Source of the DNA: a virus
Lineage: Duplodnaviria > Caudoviricetes
IMG/VR virus record: IMGVR_UViG_3300032227_000993
Strand: one strand, 5' to 3'
DNA length: 64,000 nt
The notes beneath the pieces are model-generated. The model did no database searches. It was not told where the DNA came from and was given only the letters and a program-made list of their open reading frames with translations. Of the stretch, positions 56,501-64,000 are shown piece after piece. The position numbers and the translations under genes were made by a program. Numbering within the stretch: position 1 is the stretch's first letter; every line of letters starts with the position of its first letter.

Positions 56501-59500
56501 AACCACGTTGCCATCTGCTGCTATTGCGTTAGCGTATGAACCACCGTTGACAATCTTAGTTACGGCCACGTTGGCAGCGTTGATGTTACTAATATATCCG
56601 CCATCACCGATAAAGAAGTTGGCAGTTTGAATATTACCATCAACATTCAATGTTGAAATAACATTGCCACTTAAACTAATATTACCTGTGTTTACATTGC
56701 CGCTGATTAGGTTGCCTGTGGCACTTAATGTTGTACCAGCAATAACGTTGGCACCTGTGATGTTGCCAGCAGCGCCTGTTGTTGTAAAGTTTGCAGCTGT
56801 TACGTTACCGCCAGCACTGAATGTGTTGACCGCATAAACATTGTTGGCTGTGATATCGGCAGTAACATTTAAATTACTAATTACATTGCCTGTCAATGAC
56901 AAGTTGGCAGCATTTACGTTGCCAGCAATTACGTTACCGGCTGTGCTGAAACTTGTTGTGGCCAATACATTGTTGGCAATCACATTGGTGTCAACTGATA
57001 AGTTACCAATAACATTACCAGATAGGCTTAAATTTACACCGTTGATTGCATTACCAGTTACGTTGCCTGATGCACTTACTATAACTGTGCGTACATTGCC
57101 TGCGTCAACGTTGCCTGTTACGCTTAGGCTTGTACCTGTGGCAGCGCCAATGTTTGGTGTGGTCAATGGAACATTGGCTGGAATGTAAAGTTGATTACTA
57201 CCGTTTACGCCAACTGTGTTGCCGTCAAACAGAGCACTAATAACTGTACCGTTGATAGCGATAGCATTACCGCCTGTGTATGTGCCGCCACCTGAGAACT
57301 GTGACCAAAGGATTGGTGTTGTGCCCATAACGATTGGGTTTGTTGAATAACATACCCAGCCTGTGCCAGCTTGACCGCCGCCACCGATAACAAATGTGAA
57401 CGAACCAGGAATACTACCCAATGTGCCTTCGTTGTCAAAGTCTACGGAACGTGTCAATACAGTTTGTAGTGCACCTGTGCTTGTTAAAGTATAGATACCA
57501 TTCCAAGCAGCATCACTATTGCCTGCGGCTGGATCGAGTTCGTCTTTGATCAACACACGATCATTGATGGCCAATGTTGATAAGTCAACGCCGTCAATTA
57601 AAAGTTGACTTGTTGTTGTAATTGTCAATGTTGCGCCAACACCAGCAGCACCATTGTTGTAAGCAACCAAAGTTACTTCGGCTTCTGTGTCAAGCGGAAC
57701 AAGTGTTGCTACTTCCACACTGGCTTTCAAATCTAAACCACTGGCAATAGAATCAACATATTCTTTGTTTGCTGCGTCAGCTGGCTGTAGTGGTGTTGCT
57801 ACGTTGTTAATGATCGATGTATTAACATTGATGTTACCAGTGCCGTTTGGATCAATACTGATTCCACTATTGCCTGCTGTTGTTTCAAGTACCAATACTG
57901 TGGTTGTTGTCACTAAATCAGTAATTACTGTGTTACCGTAAATGTTACCTGATGCGCTTACATCGCCAATAGTGGTTACATTGCCACCAATGATGTTGGC
58001 TGTAGCACTTACAACGCCACCAGTCAATACGTTACCGCCTGTGATGTTGGCTGTAGCACTGATAGTTCCAATTGTACTAACATTACCAACTGTGGCTGTG
58101 CCTGTTGCGCTAATCTCTCCGCCTGTGGAAATATTTGCGCCAATAATGTTGCCGTCAACATTCAAGGCTGACAGTACATTACCAGTTAAACTTAAGTTGG
58201 CAGCATTGACAGCAGCATTGAGAGTAACATTACCAAATACACTTAATCCAACATCATAAAATTGTGCTGTTGAATTGCCACCAATTGTGACATCTAAATT
58301 GCCGCCAGATGTGCCAATATTGGCTTGGCTGTTGCCATTTGTGATCTTGGTAGAACTAACATTAGCGCCGCTAATGTTACTGATCAAGTAACCGTCACCA
58401 ATAAAATAACTGCCAGGTTGGACAGATGCGTTACTGAGTATGTTGCCACTTAGGCTAAGGCTAACAGCGTTGACTGCGTTGGCTGTAACATTGCCAGCTG
58501 TACTGATGTTGCCACCAGTGAGGAGTCCGGCTGTAGTAATGTTGCCACCAGTGATGTTGGCAGTAGCACTTACTTCGCCGCCAGTACTGATGTTGCCACC
58601 AGTAAGGAGTCCGGCTGTACTGATATTGCCACCAGTGATGTTGGCAGTAGCACTTACAATGCCACCTGTTAATACATTACCACCTGAGATGTTGGATGTA
58701 GCACTTACAATGCCACCTGTTAATACATTGCCGCCGGTGATGTTGGCTGTGGCACTGATAGTTCCAATAGTGTCAACATTACCAACAGTGGCTGTTCCTG
58801 TTGCACTGATAGTTCCAGGAGTAAAAATGTTGCCATCTACATTAAGAGACGACAATACGTTGCCAGTTAAACTTAAGTTGGCGGCATTGACAGCAGCATT
58901 GAGAGTAACATTGCCAAATACGCTTAGACCAACATCATAAAATTGTGCTGTTGTAGCATTGTTGATTGTGACATCTAAATTACCACCTGGTGTGCCAATG
59001 TTTGCTTGGCTGTTGCCATTGCTAATTTTAGTAGCACTTACGTTGGCACCACTGATGTTGCTAATGTAAGCACCGTCACCAATAAAGAAACTGCCTGGTT
59101 GTACAGATGCGTTACTGAGTATGTTGCCACTTAGGCTAAGACTAACAGCATTAACAGCATTAGCTGTAATATTGCCAGTGGCACTGATGTTGCCACCTGT
59201 GACCAGGCCAGTAGCACTGATGTTGCCTATTGTTGTCAAGCCAGCAGTACTGATGTTGCCTGTGACGTTGGCATCGCTGATGATGTTGCCTACTAAACTG
59301 GTTGTGCCTACCACTGCCAGATTGGCAGTTACATTGGCATTGCCTGTTATTAAATTTGCATAACTTGTGACTGTGATTGTTGTGTTTGATTCGCCTGTGG
59401 ACGTGAATGCTGTAACAAATGCGTCAGCAGATTCTTCCCAAACAAAAGCAATATTTTCTGAAGTGCCGCGTTGGCCAATAAAACCAATATCCAGCGTTGG

Positions 59501-59755
59501 ACTACCTGTTTGGTTTGAAGCTAAAAGAATTAACGGATCTTCAACAGTGATAATGTCTGTGTCGATCTGTGTGGTATTACCTTGAACAGTAAGGTTACCA
59601 CTAACGGTCAAGTTGTTACCGTAGGTTAAATTATTAGCAAGTTTTCCACCAGTAATGGAATAGTCTTGAACTTTTGTACTTGCGTCAATACCAGCAGCGG
59701 TATTACCGCCAGCGGCGTCTGAAATTTGATTGTTATTAATACGTGTTACGGCCAT
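53561..59755 (-). CDS. very long tail-fibre protein (2064 aa) with internal repeats and C-terminal chaperone-type domain
   Basis: GN(V/I)T repeats; YVD...DLKASV...DRVLIK fibre domain; SAQYADLAE...VALTGRVP; TAAATA at 59778..59783. Confidence 0.82.
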   Translation of the reverse strand: MAVTRINNNQISDAAGGNTAAGIDASTKVQDYSITGGKLANNLTYGNNLTVSGNLTVQGNTTQIDTDIITVEDPLILLASNQTGSPTLDIGFIGQRGTSENIAFVWEESADAFVTAFTSTGESNTTITVTSYANLITGNANVTANLAVVGTTSLVGNIISDANVTGNISTAGLTTIGNISATGLVTGGNISATGNITANAVNAVSLSLSGNILSNASVQPGSFFIGDGAYISNISGANVSATKISNGNSQANIGTPGGNLDVTINNATTAQFYDVGLSVFGNVTLNAAVNAANLSLTGNVLSSLNVDGNIFTPGTISATGTATVGNVDTIGTISATANITGGNVLTGGIVSATSNISGGNVLTGGIVSATANITGGNISTAGLLTGGNISTGGEVSATANITGGNITTAGLLTGGNISTAGNVTANAVNAVSLSLSGNILSNASVQPGSYFIGDGYLISNISGANVSSTKITNGNSQANIGTSGGNLDVTIGGNSTAQFYDVGLSVFGNVTLNAAVNAANLSLTGNVLSALNVDGNIIGANISTGGEISATGTATVGNVSTIGTISATANITGGNVLTGGVVSATANIIGGNVTTIGDVSASGNIYGNTVITDLVTTTTVLVLETTAGNSGISIDPNGTGNINVNTSIINNVATPLQPADAANKEYVDSIASGLDLKASVEVATLVPLDTEAEVTLVAYNNGAAGVGATLTITTTSQLLIDGVDLSTLAINDRVLIKDELDPAAGNSDAAWNGIYTLTSTGALQTVLTRSVDFDNEGTLGSIPGSFTFVIGGGGQAGTGWVCYSTNPIVMGTTPILWSQFSGGGTYTGGNAIAINGTVISALFDGNTVGVNGSNQLYIPANVPLTTPNIGAATGTSLSVTGNVDAGNVRTVIVSASGNVTGNAINGVNLSLSGNVIGNLSVDTNVIANNVLATTSFSTAGNVIAGNVNAANLSLTGNVISNLNVTADITANNVYAVNTFSAGGNVTAANFTTTGAAGNITGANVIAGTTLSATGNLISGNVNTGNISLSGNVISTLNVDGNIQTANFFIGDGGYISNINAANVAVTKIVNGGSYANAIAADGNVVIAVGAASNVAATFYDTGVNFGGDISTAGNVTGTLLTGTLSTAAQPNVTSVGTLTSLNSGDISSSGNVTAANISTAGLLSGGNISTAGNVTADAVNAANLSLSGNILSNASVQPGSFFIGDGAYISNISGANVSATKISNGNSQANIGTAGGNLDITINNATTAQFYDTGLSVFGNIVSNTGLFANSLSLSGNVESTLNVTGDVNANNVTAITQVTAPTVTSSSGLLNIGTAGNTSVAINGASANLVFVDGTANSVSIGSNVQTTNAILALNATSSFVVPVGNTAQRPSTGVTGMQRFNTSTGFLEIYDGVAWAVVGGEPTVITDQQFNGNGVQTVFTLSSPQTTNSCLVSINGVVQVPTLAYSVVGTDLTFTEAPAVADHIDVREITTTTTVTGISNTSGNAAVGVNDASANVAITGNIVVGNGAGYLYGDGTYLTNVGGGNVIATKIQEGNTSVDIDGANGNVVTAVNGANVLVTSPLQTTITGNFNPSANATYTLGNSTNQWSNLWISGNTIFIGGSNISANTTTLSFGGQPLVTQNANGNITGGNVTATTVSASGNITGSYIIGNGSQLTGLPAGYANSDVATYLSSGTVSANILTTGLISATGTITSAATLQGGNVTTTGLISATGNINAGNIRAASRVEADGVLAGASLFAGGISLTGNTISSLNSTIIIDPNSAGGVDGAVIIAGNLSVQGNVTYIDSNVVTTNEKSITLANNVSTGTAADGAGIDVGNNSLAYLRFNNATTSWQANIGITPAANATLNLGGTSNYWATVYATGATVSGNVSVTGNTQSGNILTGGLVSVTGNITGGNLSVGNGTITVGNIVTLGNVAGNIGSSTNYFNTVFAKATSAQYADLAEKYTADAEYTPGTVVAFGGELEVTASTADADRRVAGVVSTNPSYIMNGGLEGTNIVTVALTGRVPTRVTGTVRKGDLMVSNGDGTARAEANPQVGTVIGKALENFDGTTGVIEVVVGRV
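55960..59180. repeat. three ~300-350-bp internal repeats (about 55960..56260, 58150..58510, 58830..59180)
   Basis: Encode NLSLSGNILSNASVQPGS.FIGDG..ISNISGANVS.TKI.NGNSQANIGT.GGNLD.TI...TAQFYD. Confidence 0.85.
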
Positions 59756-59851
59756 GTTAGTCTCCAGGTTATGGAAGTATTTACCGAATTGATTTAAAAA
59801 AGTGTATCTTGGGTTTTTATTTGCTCAAAAGCGAATGGCCGGAAAAAAATC

Positions 59852-59875
59852 ACTATTACACAGGCCGCTATGTAA
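59852..59875 (-). terminator. possible terminator hairpin
   Basis: TTACATAG-CGGC-CTGTGTAA followed by a T-rich tract on minus. Confidence 0.4.
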
Positions 59876-59886
59876 GGTTTTTTAAA

Positions 59887-60861
59887 TTATAGGAATCTAA
59901 CATCTATTAAATCTGAGCTCAACGGAGCCTCAGAAAAAGTAAGTTGAGTACCAGCTACGGTGTAGGAATAAGATGCTCCTGGCACCTGAACAATACCGTT
60001 CAAACTGACTATGATGGAAGCTGCTGTGGTCGCTTTGTCCAAGGTGTAAGTTACAGAAGTTCCGTCTGGCGTAATAATTTGATTGGTAGCAGTACCGCTG
60101 CCACCCACTAAAACCCAAGCTGATCCATTGTAAACTTCTACTGCTGTTTCTGCTGAGTTAAATCGAATGGTGCCTGTTGTGGCTGGGCTGGGTTGTTGTG
60201 CGGTATTTCCTACAGGAATAGTCAATCCACCAGTGCCGCCAATGGTTACTAGACTAGCTGTAGTGGTTGAAATTGTTGTGTCAGTGATGGTTAAATTGCC
60301 AATATTGGCGCCACTTGGAATATTGGTAACTCCCAAATTGCCCACATATTGATAACCTGCTACATACACCACATTTCCGGCGGTCAGCACCGCAGGAATA
60401 GTTTCGCTGATAAAGTTTAGTACTCCAGCTTGAGTATCAAAATAGTATTCGCCTACGCCGCCGATACCGTCAGCAAAAATCTGTGTACCCGTGGCTTGGA
60501 TATTGGCCGCGCTAGGTGGACCAACATAAACCTTTGGTAACCAGGTACTGCCAAACTCTTGAGGCACCCAATAGGTCACGTTGGTCAGCCAGGTCGGAGA
60601 AATTCCACCAATTGGCGGAACTGTGTCATCAGCAATAGATTGTACAGAACTACCGCCCACATAGGCTTGTGTGATTCCGGTAACTACCTGTGCGGTGCTG
60701 GGGATCTGATCACTCTGCATCCACACGATGTCGCCGCGTAGGAACAGCGGACTAGCAATACTTTCATTACTAGCACTCTTAACTGCGCTATTGGCTGTTT
60801 TGGCTACACCTTGTAGCTTTTTAAACAGCAAGTCAACGTATTGTGCTATAGAAACGGCCAT
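59887..60861 (-). CDS. putative tail/baseplate-associated protein
   Basis: Carries PVGNTAQ adaptor and V.LNGIVQVP...LTFSEAP domain shared with the 2064-aa fibre. Confidence 0.7.
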   Translation of the reverse strand: MAVSIAQYVDLLFKKLQGVAKTANSAVKSASNESIASPLFLRGDIVWMQSDQIPSTAQVVTGITQAYVGGSSVQSIADDTVPPIGGISPTWLTNVTYWVPQEFGSTWLPKVYVGPPSAANIQATGTQIFADGIGGVGEYYFDTQAGVLNFISETIPAVLTAGNVVYVAGYQYVGNLGVTNIPSGANIGNLTITDTTISTTTASLVTIGGTGGLTIPVGNTAQQPSPATTGTIRFNSAETAVEVYNGSAWVLVGGSGTATNQIITPDGTSVTYTLDKATTAASIIVSLNGIVQVPGASYSYTVAGTQLTFSEAPLSSDLIDVRFL

Positions 60862-63185
60862 TAGTTACTCGCTGCCTTAAGTGATAAACCTGTTACACTT
60901 TGACCCGCGGTCAAAGCAATACGAACATAAATTTCGTTAGTGGCTGTACTGGAACTTGATACTGTACCAAATGTACAAGTTTTACTTGTTGAAGCTACTG
61001 TGGTGTTTAGACTTACAGTACCGCCCAAGGCGCAACCATCGCTGCCGTTACCTGGACTATTTACACCAGGGTATCCGCTACCACCATAGGCCTGTGACAT
61101 ATTGATCCAGCCATTGGCTCCACTGCTTGAATCAATCACACTTCCTGGAAGTGCTACCCACAAGCCGGCCACGTTGCCAGCATAGGTAATATCAAATTTA
61201 CTCACTGCAGTGCGAACAAATTTAAATGTAAAGTATTGTGTTCCTGTGCGTCCTGAACTTAAATCTGGACCTACTGGCAAATATCCAGTGGAGTAGTTGG
61301 TTTGATCGTGTTTGAGAACCCCTTGTGCTCCGCTACCAACCACGGTGGCATCATAGGTTTCCAACGTGCTTGACTGGCTGTTAAAAGCTGCTTCACTGCC
61401 GGTGTAGACCGGAGTATTACCAGGGCCAGGATTGACAATACGGAAAGCGTTGCCTGATCCGGTGCCCACTGCGGTAACCACAATGTTGCCTTCGTCAATG
61501 GCAGTAGCCGTACCAGATTTGTAAAGTACTGTGTTTGCCAAGGCTGTGGTCAAAGTCAGCGTACCGGTAGCATAACTGTTGTTCACTGACAAACTTGGAC
61601 CAGTGGCGCTGCCGCCAAATCCTGTGGTTATGTTGGCAGTGGTTGTAAATGTTGCTGATTGGAACGAATTTAACACATTGCTACCAATGTTACTGGCATT
61701 GTAATTTACACTGGCAGGAGCAGCAAAACTGCCGGCCGCCGATCCAGACGATAATACGTTGCTGGTTGGATACAGATTGCCTGATACATTGGCAACCGTT
61801 GTGCCAATTGTAAATTGATTCACATTGGTGTAGTGAGGAATGGTACTTGAGTACAAGAGTGTACTTGACCCCGGAGCGGTCATTGTTGTTGCGCTGTAGC
61901 TTGGAGTGCCGGGGGCGCTGTCATCATAATACCAGCTGGGTACATTGGTATTGCCAGCTGCGCTGTCAGTGATCACCACATCATTCCATCCGGCAGGAGC
62001 ATTGGTTCCATTGATGGAAGAACTGAACACATACCAGAAGCCGGCAACAATGGCACTATTGGCACTATTGTAATCCATATTGTTGGCAATTACAAGATTG
62101 CCACCGTAGGTGCCGTTGGCTGTTGGGGTAGCGGCAGCATTTAGCGTGACATTGCCTACCAGGGTGTTGTTACGGTACGCACGGATCGTTCCTGAATCTC
62201 CAGGACCGGCTGTGGAAATCACGTTGGTGGTGTAGGTAGCAGTTCTACGTACTGTGCTTACGGTTGCGCCGGCTGCTACTGTCAAGCTATTGGCTGTGTT
62301 ATTGACCTGTGTAATATTGGCCATACGATAAGTGGCTGTGCCACTTATGGATAAAGTTTGCCCTGCTGGAAAATTGCTTGGCGCTGGTGGTACCAGTTTT
62401 CCAAGCACTTGATTTAAAAGAGCGATACCGTCAGTTACATAAGTTGTTGTTGTTAATGTCACAGCATTACTGACCAAAGCGCCCTGACTGTTGGTACCCA
62501 TGTTGATAAGGTTACCAAGAAGATTGCCACTGATGTTGCCTGTTTGTATGTCTACATAATATTTTGTTGCTGCATCTTGATTTTGTACAGGATTATTTAA
62601 ATTATTAATGTAGGTATTAGCAACCGTGATATTTCCATTGCCCGGTATGCTAATATTACCAATTGTGATATTTCCTGTTGAAATATTTGCCACAACATCT
62701 AAATTACCGCCACTTAGATTTCCAGTGGCACTGATCAAGCCAACTGTTGAAATGTTTCCAACGGTGACATTACCAGCAACAACCATGGCATTGGTGGCTT
62801 GATTAAAGGTAAAACCAGTGCTGGCACCAGCATTTCCGTCGTTGTTGTAAAGGACCTGTGTGTTGGATCCTGGTACTGTCAAGTTACCAGAAATATTGCC
62901 GGCAAAGGTGCCAATAAAATAACCAGCGGTTGTGATATTTCCAGTGGTGCTGATTGTTCCGTTTGATGTGATGCTGTTGGAAAAAAAGGCCGATACAAGC
63001 GTGATGTTGTTGGACCAAACTCTTGTGTTGGCGGCTGCCAGGGTCAGTACGCTGTTGGCATTGCCGGCGCCAAGACTTGGCTCGGCCTGACCCAAAGCTA
63101 AAAATTGGTATCTATCTTCGGATAAGTTATCATAGGCAACTACCGGAGCGCGACCACTTAGAAGGTTGTTACTGCTTACGCTCAT
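60861..63185 (-). CDS. putative tail-fibre/structural protein (774 aa)
   Basis: Beta-repeat N-half, DAATKYYVD motif, Ser/Thr/Gly-rich. Confidence 0.7.
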   Translation of the reverse strand: MSVSSNNLLSGRAPVVAYDNLSEDRYQFLALGQAEPSLGAGNANSVLTLAAANTRVWSNNITLVSAFFSNSITSNGTISTTGNITTAGYFIGTFAGNISGNLTVPGSNTQVLYNNDGNAGASTGFTFNQATNAMVVAGNVTVGNISTVGLISATGNLSGGNLDVVANISTGNITIGNISIPGNGNITVANTYINNLNNPVQNQDAATKYYVDIQTGNISGNLLGNLINMGTNSQGALVSNAVTLTTTTYVTDGIALLNQVLGKLVPPAPSNFPAGQTLSISGTATYRMANITQVNNTANSLTVAAGATVSTVRRTATYTTNVISTAGPGDSGTIRAYRNNTLVGNVTLNAAATPTANGTYGGNLVIANNMDYNSANSAIVAGFWYVFSSSINGTNAPAGWNDVVITDSAAGNTNVPSWYYDDSAPGTPSYSATTMTAPGSSTLLYSSTIPHYTNVNQFTIGTTVANVSGNLYPTSNVLSSGSAAGSFAAPASVNYNASNIGSNVLNSFQSATFTTTANITTGFGGSATGPSLSVNNSYATGTLTLTTALANTVLYKSGTATAIDEGNIVVTAVGTGSGNAFRIVNPGPGNTPVYTGSEAAFNSQSSTLETYDATVVGSGAQGVLKHDQTNYSTGYLPVGPDLSSGRTGTQYFTFKFVRTAVSKFDITYAGNVAGLWVALPGSVIDSSSGANGWINMSQAYGGSGYPGVNSPGNGSDGCALGGTVSLNTTVASTSKTCTFGTVSSSSTATNEIYVRIALTAGQSVTGLSLKAASN

Positions 63186-63186
63186 A

Positions 63187-63522
63187 TTATCCTGTTAAAG
63201 TTTCTAATAAACTCAATGTCAATTGTGCGCTGTCATTTGCGTTGGCACTAACTTCAAAACTATCACCAAAGCTCATAATCAATCGACCAGTCAATACACT
63301 GATAGCATCAGCCACTGGTACCTGCGTATTTTTTACCAATGCTGTAGTATCGCCAGTTCTGACCACATTGGCACTGACTGTTATGGTGTTTGCTACATCA
63401 ATGTTGCTGATTTGTGCCATTAGTACAACGGTAGAATATCCAAGCGGTGTTGAATACACCGTGCTTGAGCTGGTGGTTACATTTGCTAAGACTGTTTTAA
63501 ATATGTTTAATGCGCCTGCCAT
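63187..63522 (-). CDS. small virion structural protein
   Basis: ORF track; TAAGTA at 63541..63546 and SD upstream. Confidence 0.65.
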   Translation of the reverse strand: MAGALNIFKTVLANVTTSSSTVYSTPLGYSTVVLMAQISNIDVANTITVSANVVRTGDTTALVKNTQVPVADAISVLTGRLIMSFGDSFEVSANANDSAQLTLSLLETLTG

Positions 63523-63549
63523 AATTTTTCCTTGTTCATTTACTTATGA

Positions 63550-63999
63550 TTAATTACTTAGTGCCAAAATGTAGGGAGTCATTTGAGCAAACAAGCTCTT
63601 GTAGAATGCGTCGCCAGTAATTGTAGCAGTTGCTTGATTAACAATAAATCCGTCGCCCACTTTAAAATTACCTTTTTGATCTGTACTGGTGTATGTCACA
63701 ATGCCACCGTTGAGTTGTATTACTTCGTTGGCATCAATAGGAATGCCGCCGTACTGCGGAAGTGCTGTTGCTGGGTTAGTACCCGCCCCTACATATTCAA
63801 ATGTATGCGCTGACGCAATAATACTGCTGCGAACAAAAAATGATACTCCTGTGCCTGGAGCAGCATTGCCTAAATATGTTTGTTGTACCAACACCTGACA
63901 AGATACTGCATCAACAGGAATAATAGTGTCGATGGTGTAGTATTCTGGATCTCCGTCAATTAGCATAACGGTGTTGACGTTGGGTCTACCGTTTGATAA
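63550..63999 (-). CDS. C-terminus of a large structural (tail/baseplate) protein, truncated by the right edge
   Basis: Frame open to the window edge; HTFEYVGAG...TSTDQKGNFKVG motif. Confidence 0.7.
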   Translation of the reverse strand, partial: LSNGRPNVNTVMLIDGDPEYYTIDTIIPVDAVSCQVLVQQTYLGNAAPGTGVSFFVRSSIIASAHTFEYVGAGTNPATALPQYGGIPIDANEVIQLNGGIVTYTSTDQKGNFKVGDGFIVNQATATITGDAFYKSLFAQMTPYILALSN

Positions 64000-64000
64000 A

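Noticed and set aside
48004-59585. Numerous plus-strand ORFs (MPVTLPVALT..., MLPLRLRL...) opposite the fibre genes, and other antisense ORFs across the window
   Set aside because: Shadow frames produced by the repetitive codon usage of the minus-strand genes; no RBS, promoter or independent motifs.
45230-59755. Possible diversity-generating retroelement (TR/VR pair) among the fibre repeats
   Set aside because: Differences between copies are mostly synonymous and not adenine-specific, all copies are coding, and there is no reverse transcriptase in the window.
1-64000. CRISPR array, tRNA or rRNA genes, integrase
   Set aside because: No regularly spaced identical repeats with unique spacers. 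Intergenic gaps are short and show no cloverleaf or T-loop signature by eye. No recombinase motifs seen. A tRNAscan run would be the formal check.
1-64000. Stop-codon reassignment as seen in some large phages
   Set aside because: Conserved genes are full length under the standard code, and TAA, TGA and TAG all terminate genes at expected positions.

Overview
This window is a 64-kb internal segment of a large lytic T4-like (contractile-tailed) bacteriophage genome, densely coding, read in the standard genetic code and almost entirely on the minus strand. From left to right it holds: (1) a replication/recombination module (DnaB/gp41 helicase, primase, a 193-aa miniature DnaE-like polymerase, probable clamp-loader subunit, UvsW, AAA+ ATPase, methyltransferase, UvsY, radical SAM, RecA/UvsX, gp32 SSB); (2) a head/packaging module (large acidic internal-protein-like ORFs, terminase large and probable small subunit, a signal-peptide-bearing non-specific nuclease, gp4); (3) tail tube and sheath, dNMP kinase, exoribonuclease and neck genes gp13/gp14/gp15, with an HNH-NUMOD3 homing endonuclease placed at the start of gp14; (4) about 22 kb of mosaic, repeat-rich tail-fibre/adhesin genes. 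Two promoter classes are visible: sigma70-type and a short TAA(A/G)TA late-type motif. Many of both sit only 5-8 nt before the ATG, which suggests leaderless mRNAs. The most notable items are the homing endonuclease that appears to have taken over the gp14 promoter/start and left gp14 with an SD plus ATT start, the miniature DnaE, and a dispersed paralogue pair sharing an upstream hairpin plus 13-mer. I saw no tRNA, rRNA, CRISPR array, integrase or reverse transcriptase. All product calls come from motif recognition by eye; no database search was run.
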